Shown: positions 1 to 7,684 of the stretch, in pieces
Layout: the number at the start of each line of letters is the position of its first letter
Position numbering within the stretch: the first letter of the stretch is position 1
From: an uncultured Candidatus Entotheonella sp.
Lineage (GTDB): Bacteria; Tectomicrobia; Entotheonellia; Entotheonellales; Entotheonellaceae
Assembly (NCBI GenBank): GCA_965215335.1
Contig: CBDCDA010000001.1
Coordinates: 1,408,001-1,472,000 of the forward strand
Direction of reading: 5' to 3'
Length of the DNA stretch: 64,000 nt
Translations under genes and position numbers: made by a program
Notes under the pieces: model-generated
Databases searched by the model: none
What the model was told of the DNA's origin: nothing
The model's input: the letters and a program-made list of their open reading frames with translations, nothing else

Positions 1-2372
1 TACAGGGTGGGCACGCGGTAATGGTCCTTCACGTCGTCGTACGTCGGCCACTGCTCCACCAGGTCCGGGCGTGGGCTGTGAATCGGCTCGCGGTGCGCCG
101 GCACCGGATCGGGGATGTTCCACGAATTGAACCGCGCACGGCCGTTGCCGAACGGCGCCAGCTCCCTGGCCATAGCGTCCGCGAATACCTGGCCCGTCAG
201 GTCCGTCTTCCAGTCCTGCAGTTCCACGTAACCGCCGTTGATCGAGCTGCCCGCCGGGGCCGAACCGGTCGCCGCCAGCAGCGCGTCGCCGTCCGGCGCC
301 CGCGCTCCCCAGCGCGCCCGGAAGCCCAGGCCGCCCTGTGACACCGGAATGTCGGTGCGGTACAGGATGTGGGTGCCGGGGTGCTGCTCGGTCCAGCACG
401 GCCACGGCAGGCCCCACTGCTCGCCGTCCAACGGACCGCCGACCGCCTTCTTCGATTTGACGTCGAAGGCGTGCGCCCATTCCTGCTGGCGCTTGATGCG
501 CTCGTACGTCTGCCCGGTCATGCCGATGGTGCGCATGCCGAGGTTCCATTCCCGGATGATCGACGCGTAGGTCTCTTCCGGCAGTTCCTTCACGCCCCGC
601 ATGCTCTGCGGCACGCCCTGCCAGGCGGCCTGCGCGTTGCGGGTCAGGCCGTCCTTGAATCCCAGGCGCTCGGCCAGGTCGAGCAGGATGGCCAGGTCGG
701 AGCGCGATTCCCACACTGGCGCGACCACGCGGTTGCGCCATTGAATATCACGGTTGGAGTTGGTCACCGAGCCGTACTGCTCGTAGACCGTCGCCGCCGG
801 CAGGATGTAGACGCCGTCCGGGCGGTCCGGCAGGATCGAGGTGGTGGTGACGAACGGGTCGATGTCGACCAGCAGGTCCACCTTTTCCAGGGCGCGCTTG
901 ATGCGGTCGAGCTGCGACTGGCAGTTCGTCGAGTGCCCCCAGTAAAAGGCGGCGTGGACGTTCACGTCCTGCCCCAGTTCCTCGGCGTCGAGCAGCACCC
1001 CCTCGTACCAGCGGGCCACCGTAAAGCCCACCTTCTGCATCATCTTCTCGTTGGTGAAGCGCGACTTCAGTGCCTCCACGTCGGCGCCCCAGACGTTCGC
1101 CCAGTGATTCCACGCCCCGGCGCCCAGGCCGTAGTAGCCGGGCAGGGTGTTGGACAGCACCCCGAGGTCGGTGGCGCCCTGCACGTTGTCGTGGCCGCGG
1201 AAGACGTTGGTGCCGCCGCCCGGCACGCCCATGTTGCCGAGCACCAGTTGCAGGGCGCAGTAGGAGCGGGTGATCGACGTGCCGTTGGTATGCTGCGTGC
1301 CGCCCATCGCCCAGATGACCGTGCCGGGCCGGTTATCGGCCATGGTTCTGGCGATGCGCTCCAACTCGGCCTGCGACACGCCGGTGATGTCCGCCACCGT
1401 GTCCGGGTCGAACTTGCCCACCTCGTCCACCAGCGCCTGCAGGCCGTAGGTGCGCTCGTTCAGCGTTCGCTTGTCTTCCCAGCCGTTCTTCAGGATGACG
1501 TGGATCAGACCGTAGATGAACGCCACGTCGGTGCCCGAGCGGATGCGGGCGTACTGGTTGGCAAAGGCCGCCGTCTTGCTGAAACGCGGGTCGACGACGA
1601 TCACCTGCGCCCGGTTCACCTCCTTCGCCGTCAGGATGTGCTGCATGGCGATGGGGTGCGAGGTGCAGACGTTCTCGCCGATAATCATGATGCTGCGGCT
1701 GTGGCGGATGTCGTTCATCGAGTTGGTCATGGCGCCGTAGCCCCACACGTTGGCGAGGCCGGCGACCGTGGTGGAGTGGCAGATACGCGCCTGGTGGTCG
1801 ATGTTGTTCGAGCCCCAGAAGGCGGCGAACTTGCGCAGCGCGTACGCGGTTTCGTTGTTGTGATGCGCCGAGCCGAGGAGCATGAGGGCGTCGGGCCCGT
1901 GCCGTTCGCGGATGTCCTGGAGCTTGGCGACGATTTCGCTCATCGCCTGATCCCACGATAGCCGCTGCCACTGCCCGTTGACGCGCTTCATGGGATAGCG
2001 CAGGCGCTTCTCGCTGATGACGTGCTCGCGCGCCGCGGCGCCCTTGGAGCACAGGCTGCCGAGATTGATGGGGTGCTCGAACCACGGCTCCTGGCTCACC
2101 CACACCCCGTCCTGCACCTCGCCCACGAAACCGCAGCCGACGGCGCAGTTGCCACAGATCGTTTTGACTTGCTCCAGCTGCGGCAGATTCAATGCCCCCG
2201 GCTCCTGGGCGGCTTCGGTCTCCTTGACCAGCCCGGCGGTCATCGAGGCGGCCAGGCCACCGAGGCCGGCGGCGCGCAGAAAATGGCGCCGGTCGAGGCG
2301 CGGGTTCAGGGCTTGCGGCCATCCCGGCTGTCGCGCCGGGTCGCCGTGGTCCTGCCGACGGATGAGTTTCAT
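1..2372 (-). CDS. fdhA: Formate dehydrogenase alpha subunit (Mo/W-bisPGD, Tat-exported), Cys form; 3' end runs off the window
   Basis: Not in the ORF track because it runs off the edge. Manual translation from ATG 2372 (GAGGAG RBS): Tat motif DRRHFLR, 4Fe-4S motif CGNCAVGC...C, active-site DHQARICHST (TGC codon), FRGHDNVQGA. Confidence 0.92.
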   Translation of the reverse strand, partial: MKLIRRQDHGDPARQPGWPQALNPRLDRRHFLRAAGLGGLAASMTAGLVKETEAAQEPGALNLPQLEQVKTICGNCAVGCGFVGEVQDGVWVSQEPWFEHPINLGSLCSKGAAAREHVISEKRLRYPMKRVNGQWQRLSWDQAMSEIVAKLQDIRERHGPDALMLLGSAHHNNETAYALRKFAAFWGSNNIDHQARICHSTTVAGLANVWGYGAMTNSMNDIRHSRSIMIIGENVCTSHPIAMQHILTAKEVNRAQVIVVDPRFSKTAAFANQYARIRSGTDVAFIYGLIHVILKNGWEDKRTLNERTYGLQALVDEVGKFDPDTVADITGVSQAELERIARTMADNRPGTVIWAMGGTQHTNGTSITRSYCALQLVLGNMGVPGGGTNVFRGHDNVQGATDLGVLSNTLPGYYGLGAGAWNHWANVWGADVEALKSRFTNEKMMQKVGFTVARWYEGVLLDAEELGQDVNVHAAFYWGHSTNCQSQLDRIKRALEKVDLLVDIDPFVTTTSILPDRPDGVYILPAATVYEQYGSVTNSNRDIQWRNRVVAPVWESRSDLAILLDLAERLGFKDGLTRNAQAAWQGVPQSMRGVKELPEETYASIIREWNLGMRTIGMTGQTYERIKRQQEWAHAFDVKSKKAVGGPLDGEQWGLPWPCWTEQHPGTHILYRTDIPVSQGGLGFRARWGARAPDGDALLAATGSAPAGSSINGGYVELQDWKTDLTGQVFADAMARELAPFGNGRARFNSWNIPDPVPAHREPIHSPRPDLVEQWPTYDDVKDHYRVPTL

Positions 2373-2418
2373 CGTCTGTTCTCCTCAAAAGCGATGGATA
2401 GCACGACTCGTCACGGAT

Positions 2419-2625
2419 CTACTGATACAAGGTTCGGTAATAACGCTCGGTCTCCGCGCTGCGGCGGTAGAGAATCGGCCCCCTGGCCGGCGTGGCTTCG
2501 GGCTGCGCCGCACGCCCGCGCCGGGGGCGGGAAAGCAAGGCTGCCGTCGCACCCAGGCCCGCCAGCATCCTGGCGAGAAACGTGCGCCGTTCCTGTCCTG
2601 TTTGGGATCCACCGTTTCGTGACAT
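2419..2625 (-). CDS. Small twin-arginine protein of FDH regions (FDH-region Tat target)
   Basis: ERRTFL Tat motif, hydrophobic stretch, C-terminal YRRSAETERYYRTL; directly upstream of fdhA; RBS AAAGGAG before ATG 2625. Confidence 0.8.
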   Translation of the reverse strand: MSRNGGSQTGQERRTFLARMLAGLGATAALLSRPRRGRAAQPEATPARGPILYRRSAETERYYRTLYQ

Positions 2626-2885
2626 GCTCGGTCTCCTTTCCAAAAAGCAGTGGTTAGTGTGGAACATACAAGCCCCAACGTATCACGGAATATCAGAACG
2701 CCTCGTGCGCTCAGCGTACTCCTTTGTAATGTCCGCGTCGATTTGATCATTAGAGTGCCTGCATACGCTCACGAATAGGCGATATTCCTATCTGCCTGCC
2801 GATGTCCAAGCATCCTTCCCCAACACTTCAGAACCATCCTTGATTTGATTCCTAACCTACGTTCCCAATGTAAACTTGGTACCGC

Positions 2886-2997
2886 TTATAGCGGTTTTCG
2901 TTATTTCGTTATTATGTCTGGCCTATTACGGCATCAGATACTCAGCGTTGGTTTGCCTATTGAGAGCTCCCATATAGCTATACGAAAACCGCTATAA
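2886..2997. repeat. Perfect 16-bp inverted repeat with 80-nt spacer
   Basis: TTATAGCGGTTTTCGT (2886-2901) and ACGAAAACCGCTATAA (2982-2997). Confidence 0.85.
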
Positions 2998-3167
2998 TAC
3001 CGGCGCTGTGCAGGCAAAAAGGTCAAAGACCTGCCCACCAGGACCCACCAAAGGCTAATTCGATTGTACTTCCCTCTTGTTCCCGGTGCCTCCGCGATAA
3101 AAGCCAACTGCGCGTCTCTCGGTCCCCGCTGGTAGCGATTGTTCTCCATCTCATCTTCCTTACCCTC

Positions 3168-3476
3168 TCATGTAAACTTGCAGACTGCTACTTTCTCTTG
3201 CAATCTCTTCATATCTCTTGCAACCTTCCCGCAGTCGTAGACATATCGTTCGTTCAGTCGCTTTTTATCACGGCAAAACTTAATCATCCGATTAAACGCT
3301 GCCTCCTCCTCCGCAACCCTGTAGCAATCCAACTCGTACTTGTTATATGGCGCGCTTAGGTGTGTATTAATACCAATCGCCATTCCCAAAAATACCAGCA
3401 AGCCGGCTCCAACTAGTAACCACCGTTCAGCGTAGGACCATCTAACAATACGCATCTCTCTTTTCCTCTTGCGCAC
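3168..3476 (-). CDS. Hypothetical single-pass membrane protein (low GC)
   Basis: 102-aa ORF with an N-terminal hydrophobic helix and 4 Cys; AT-richer than the flanking core genes. Confidence 0.55.
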   Translation of the reverse strand: MRKRKREMRIVRWSYAERWLLVGAGLLVFLGMAIGINTHLSAPYNKYELDCYRVAEEEAAFNRMIKFCRDKKRLNERYVYDCGKVARDMKRLQEKVAVCKFT

Positions 3477-3866
3477 CCTTCACCAATATCCTCATTATGT
3501 CGTAGAAGTGATTCTTGTTCCTCATTGTCCAAGTCCCAGCCAGTTCCCCACGTTCTGTTCTTGTAAGCCATGAGCAGCGTTACTCTGCTGTTACCCTGCT
3601 ACCAAGGAGCAGCACGAGAATCTTAACGTGGTCGGGGAAGAGGCTACGAAGTATCTGCCCCATCAAGTCCTCCGGCCTCTTTCGTGGAGTGGCGCCATTG
3701 GGGCCGACACTCCAGATGTCGGGCCACGACGTCTGTTGTGTAGCATAAAAAAACTCATCGCCTCAACGCGACCCATAGCTTCGACATCTCGGAGTCTCGG
3801 TCCCATCCGAGCTGCGAAATCGTGAGATATAGAGCGAACCCACTCCCGACTAGGATGCCCACATAC

Positions 3867-4288
3867 TCACGTTACGACGTGCCAAGTAGGACGTGGATCG
3901 GCATCTCCCAGCAACCCCAGCATAAAGAAAACGAGAAACGCAGTTCCAAAGGCGACGTTCAGTATTAGCAAAACCAAGGATGTAGCTCCTCGGTATGTAG
4001 GAGCGATCCAGACCCCACCTAGTGCCCTGGAACTGAAGTTCAGGTGATTATATGGGACAGTTTCCCCAATAAAATCAACGAAGTAAAAACAAACGAATTT
4101 TGGAATCAGGACACTAGAACGAAACCGGCACCGCCGGCCACGCCCGCGGGGTAGACCCTGACTAGCTCTTCTGGAACACTTGTGAACATAAGCATTAACG
4201 TTGTCACCCAATAGACGACAGTAAACGCTGCGATGAAGGAGATGACGGCGCCGGGAACAACGAATATCCATCTAACCACGTGAGACAT
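3867..4288 (-). pseudogene. Membrane protein gene disrupted by a MITE
   Basis: ORFs 4106-4288 and 3867-4271 join in frame (...GAGFVL|GGVWIAPTY...) once the 95-bp insertion between the two CTAG sites is removed. Confidence 0.75.
4022..4114 (+). mobile_element. IS630-family internally deleted derivative (MITE, 93 bp)
   Basis: CTAG at both ends (4019-4022, 4114-4117). Imperfect terminal IRs GTGCCCTGGAACTGAAGTTC / GTGTCCTGATTCCAAAATTC. The right end reads KRILESGH*, like IS630 transposase C-termini. Confidence 0.8.
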
Positions 4289-4491
4289 CGTTCATCCCAA
4301 CCCCTAACTTGATTAACAGGCAATTCTGCTGATAGCCTAGGCTTGTCTTGTTTCAAGCAGAGCCGCCATGTTGCGTGTACTACCGCTAGAGGTGTCCAAT
4401 GGCGCCTGCCCAAATTCTGCTGAAAGATTTCGGTCTACCAGTGACCAGAGAAAGGCAGAGATTTTCTTCACTCTCCTCTATACGTGGCCGC

Positions 4492-4565
4492 TCAGCTGAC
4501 GCACAGCAGCGAGGCGCAGGAAAAATCACCATCGGCGCTGCGGTCAACGGCGACGCGGAGTTCCG
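4492..4565 (-). pseudogene. Diverged duplicate of the 3' end of the 82-aa gene at 6555-6803
   Basis: Encodes ELRVAVDRSADGDFSCASLLCVS* versus EVEVAGRDADGDFPCASLLCVS*; both are followed by the same TGAGCGG. Confidence 0.8.
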
Positions 4566-4582
4566 TCTGCTGTAACCAATTG

Positions 4583-4906
4583 CTAGGCGCTCAAAGACCT
4601 CATGATTTGCGCTGCCACCAATGTCACGAGCCCATACCAGATTACCTTGAAAACGTACCATTGGGCGAGCTTGTACCAATATAGCGGCGAACCTGGAGCT
4701 GATTTTTGATTTAGGTCGTTTAGGGGATTAGCTAGGAAGCGGTTTCGAATGTAGAAATGCAGGCGAATCATGTCGATGGCTTGCGTAACCAAAGCGAGAA
4801 CCATGCTCGCACGTACTCCGGGTGCAGACCAAGTCATGTAGCTCGCACCCAACACGCCAGCAATTAGGTGAAGAGTGTGATTCCACACCATTTCAATTCG
4901 GCCCAA
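4583..4906 (-). CDS. Hypothetical membrane protein (cassette-like)
   Basis: 107-aa ORF with about 3 hydrophobic segments; the stop overlaps an attC-like left arm GCCTAGCAATTGGTTACAGCAGAC. Confidence 0.55.
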   Translation of the reverse strand: MGRIEMVWNHTLHLIAGVLGASYMTWSAPGVRASMVLALVTQAIDMIRLHFYIRNRFLANPLNDLNQKSAPGSPLYWYKLAQWYVFKVIWYGLVTLVAAQIMRSLSA

Positions 4907-5192
4907 ATGAGAAGATGACGGCAGCCCACGCGGCTAACGAAGAAATAATAGAGGCAATGGCGGAGAAAACTGCAATCCACCACAGGCGAGCTTCTCTCAT
5001 GCTTCTAGCTGCCTCCTGAATTCTTCTCACCACTTCCTCTTCCAGATGCTTGCTGCCATCACCGCCATAGGTTGAAGAAAGGCTGCAGCCCAGTTTCTGC
5101 GCCAGCTCACGGAGAGCGACCGCCCGCTCTGCTCTTTCCATAGCCATTATCTTCTTGATTCTCCGCTGAGCATTCATCCCGACATCCTTCAC
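4893..5192 (-). CDS. Hypothetical protein with C-terminal TM helix (cassette-like)
   Basis: 99-aa ORF; start preceded by GTTAGGAG. Confidence 0.55.
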   Translation of the reverse strand: MKDVGMNAQRRIKKIMAMERAERAVALRELAQKLGCSLSSTYGGDGSKHLEEEVVRRIQEAARSMREARLWWIAVFSAIASIISSLAAWAAVIFSFGPN

Positions 5193-5224
5193 GGTGGCGC
5201 CTCCTAACTGCTGACGCCCCCCCT

Positions 5225-5518
5225 TTAGCCCGTCGCCTCGCTCTCCGGGTTATGTATCAGCTGAGCCTGGAGCGGAAAACGATCAGGATGGCGAATCGTT
5301 TCCACTCCGAGATCAACGTCCATCTCGGGCCAATAGAAGTGACCGGGAGTTGGTTCCCTCACGTTCAGAATTTTCCCCACAGAAGCATCCTTGAACCACG
5401 GAAAATCCTCATAAGAAAGAAAAAGTTCCTCTACGCCGGCGAGTAGCCAGACGCCATGTGCGGAGATGCTCGTAATCTCAACTTCCGAAGTGCCTATGCC
5501 AAGAGGCTCGGAACTCAT
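5225..5518 (-). CDS. DUF2442-family antitoxin-like protein
   Basis: EVEITSISAHGVWLL...ELFLSYEDFPWF...HFYWPEMDVDL pattern; overlaps the upstream DUF4160 remnant. Confidence 0.8.
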   Translation of the reverse strand: MSSEPLGIGTSEVEITSISAHGVWLLAGVEELFLSYEDFPWFKDASVGKILNVREPTPGHFYWPEMDVDLGVETIRHPDRFPLQAQLIHNPESEATG

Positions 5519-5716
5519 CTTGATGCTCCTCCACTATTCTTTCCGCTTCCTTCAATTGGCTACGCGACAATCCATAGTTTCTCGCGAGTTCAATCCCCGC
5601 TTCCAACCAAAATTGGCCTCACCTTCCGCACAGATAACGTGAACATGCGTTCGCGGCTCCTCTCGTTAGAAGAAAAAGAATCGAAATCCCTGCTCTCTGT
5701 GAATGGTGGGAGCTAT
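5478..5716 (-). pseudogene. DUF4160-family toxin-like gene, inactivated
   Basis: Manual translation PTIHREQGFRFFFF*REEPRTHVHV...EA/FWLE...IELARNYGL...WHRHFGS*: ATA in place of the start codon, a premature TAA and one frameshift. Confidence 0.75.
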
Positions 5717-5924
5717 CAGGGGTTCCGTACTGCTGCTTCCGCCACTGGCTTGCGCCGAGACATGGTGAAGCACACAGATCTCGGTTTTCTTCACCCTTCT
5801 CCGCGCGTGACCGCCTTAAAGTGCGTTCACGTTAACACCAAGATTTTTACAAAGGCGTACTCGGTTCTGACCAAAACGGCTTCACAAGCACCTCGACTCC
5901 AAAAATTCTTAATCTCAAACGAAA

Positions 5925-5980
5925 CACACCTTAGTTGAGCCGCGCCGATTTATGGCGTCGGCTCAAATGACTGGCTAGCG
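5925..5980 (-). other. Degenerate integron attC-like site
   Basis: Minus strand CGCTAGC-CAGTC-ATTTGAGCCG-A-CGCC-ATAAATC-GGCG-CGGCTCAA: L''/L' stem with an extrahelical base and R'' overlapping the toxin stop. AAC is changed to AGC and there is no clean GTTRRRY. Confidence 0.55.
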
Positions 5981-6268
5981 GTCATGTCTCCCCATCCAAT
6001 AGCCTGGACGCCGCCGATGATGTGAGACGGCTACGACTACGAGATCATCGTCTTCGAGCGTGTAGATCAGCGTGAAAGGGAATTTGCGGAGCGGGAATCG
6101 ACGGAATTTCCCAACTCGCCTGCCGATGTTGGGTTGATCAAGCAATAGCCCCACACATCCCTCCACTTCGTCCAGAAACCGCTCTCCGAGTCCGGTCGCA
6201 TGATCTTCGTAGAGTTGGGCCGCCTCCAGCATCTCCTCTTCAGCCGGGTCGAGGAAACGGAGGTTCAT
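5975..6268 (-). CDS. RelE/ParE family toxin
   Basis: MNLRFLDPAEEEMLEAAQLYE...GLGERFLDEV...RRFPLRKFPFTLIY...VAVSHHRRRPGYW. Confidence 0.88.
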   Translation of the reverse strand: MNLRFLDPAEEEMLEAAQLYEDHATGLGERFLDEVEGCVGLLLDQPNIGRRVGKFRRFPLRKFPFTLIYTLEDDDLVVVAVSHHRRRPGYWMGRHDR

Positions 6269-6498
6269 CGTCTGAGTCGCGCGCGAACTCGTACAAAGAC
6301 CTCCGCCGCCGGGTGCGAACACATCTCGTCACGCCGGTACGCCTCGTAGCGCCGGGCTGCCTCATCGAGCCAGAGTTGCTCGACGGCCTCATCCAAGTCT
6401 TCGTCCAAAGAATCGATCAGCGTTCGCGCCAATTCCGCCTTCTGATTCGGATTGAGCTTGTCAAGCTCCTCTCGCAGCGCCGAAGTATCTCGGGCCAT
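6265..6498 (-). CDS. Addiction module antitoxin
   Basis: L..NQKAELARTLIDSLD...EQLWLDEAARRYEAY...AEVF pattern; ATGA overlap with the toxin gene. Confidence 0.85.
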   Translation of the reverse strand: MARDTSALREELDKLNPNQKAELARTLIDSLDEDLDEAVEQLWLDEAARRYEAYRRDEMCSHPAAEVFVRVRARLRR

Positions 6499-6554
6499 CT
6501 TCGTTACTCCCAAAGGCAAAGTGAACAGTTTCAGTTTACTTTGGTTGGGCCCGC

Positions 6555-6803
6555 TCAGCTGACACACAGCAATGAGGCACAGGGGAAATCGCCATCGGCG
6601 TCGCGCCCGGCGACTTCGACCTCCACCTCGAAGCCTTCCTGCAGGTCGGCCAACTCTCCCCCCATCGTGCCCATGGTCTCGGGCTCGGCCACCTCGATCA
6701 CCGCGCCGTCGGGAAACGTGATGGGGAGGTCTTCGCCCTCGTGGGTGGTAATGATGCCTTTGCGATTGGCAACGTCCAGCTTCTTGATGCGTCCTGCGAT
6801 CAC
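6555..6803 (-). CDS. Small acidic beta-rich (OB-fold-like) hypothetical protein, probably part of the FDH operon
   Basis: 82 aa with host-like high-GC codon use; becomes adjacent to the TorD-like gene when the insertions are removed. Confidence 0.65.
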   Translation of the reverse strand: MIAGRIKKLDVANRKGIITTHEGEDLPITFPDGAVIEVAEPETMGTMGGELADLQEGFEVEVEVAGRDADGDFPCASLLCVS

Positions 6804-6823
6804 CTGCTCACCTGCTCTTTCTA

Positions 6824-7666
6824 GGCTCAGGACCTATAAAAGGGTATCATTGATCATGTAGGATTCAAGACCCTAACTTCATAAGGAGGTTCATCATGCC
6901 CGATCACTGCTTCTGGCTATCCGACGTGCAGTTTGCCCGCCTGAAACCCCTGCTACCCACCAAGGTGCGGGGCGTCCCACGCGTCGATGACCGAAAAGTC
7001 ATCAGCGGCATCATCCACGTCATTCGATACGGTCTGATGTGGCGCCACGCGCCCGCCTGCTACGGTCCCCACAAGACGCTCTACAACCGCTTCGTGCGCT
7101 GGAGCAAGGCCGGTGTCTTCGACCGCATCTTCCAAACCTTGGCCGCCGACAGCACGGCCACCGAGACCGTCATGATCGACAGCACGCATCTCAAGGCGCA
7201 TCGCACCGCTGCCAGCCTGCTTGAGGGGGGGCTTTTCCGCGTCATATCGGGCGTACCCGAGGCGGCCTCAACTCGAAACTTCACGCCGTCTGCGACGGCG
7301 ACGGCAAGCCCGTCGTCATGGTGTTGACTGCGGGCCAGGTCAGCGACTATCGCGGGGCAGACATGGCGCTGCCCGCATTGCCGGAGGCCGACGTGCTGAT
7401 TGCCGACAAGGGTTATGACAGCAACCGGCTGCGCAAGGCGCTTGCCGAGCGCAAGATCAAGCCCTGTATTCCAGGCCGTGCCAATCGTAAAGAGCCGATT
7501 GTCTACGACACGGAGCTTTACAAGAGCCGTAATCTCATTGAGCGCCTGTTCGGTCGTCTCAAGGATTGGCGTCGCATCGCCACGCGCTATGACCGGTGTG
7601 CGCACACCTTTTTCAGTGCCATCTGCCTTGCTGCCACGGTCATCTTCTGGATATGAGTCCTGAACC
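6824..7666 (+). mobile_element. IS5 family (IS427-like) insertion sequence, copy 1, 843 bp
   Basis: IRs GGCTCAGGAC / GTCCTGAACC, TA duplication, two overlapping ORFs 6896-7327 and 7318-7656 with IDST, ADKGYD and RNLIERLF motifs. Confidence 0.93.
6896..7656 (+). CDS. IS5 transposase (two ORFs, predicted -1 frameshift at G7 7225-7231)
   Basis: ORF A ...AASLLEG continues in the -1 frame as GAFPRHIGRTRGGLNSKLHA... Confidence 0.85.
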
Positions 7667-7684
7667 TAGTAGGCGCACAAGTGC

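Noticed and set aside
1770..1800. Possible selenocysteine in FdhA
   Set aside because: The active-site codon is TGC (ARICHST), so this is a Cys form; no convincing relic SECIS could be supported
369..1961. 530-aa plus-strand ORF and other long antisense ORFs (e.g. 33711-35324, 35089-36612, 46969-48951, 50829-52298)
   Set aside because: Shadow ORFs opposite well-supported genes, expected in high-GC DNA; no recognisable motifs
2886..2997. Retron msr-msd interpretation of the inverted repeat
   Set aside because: No reverse transcriptase in the window and no identifiable msd stem
2934..3149. 71-aa minus-strand ORF
   Set aside because: Has a plausible RBS but no recognisable features, and it runs through the inverted repeat; not supportable as a gene
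2868..3180. 11-bp direct repeat ATGTAAACTTG at 2868 and 3170
   Set aside because: Only two copies and short enough to arise by chance; no clear element boundaries
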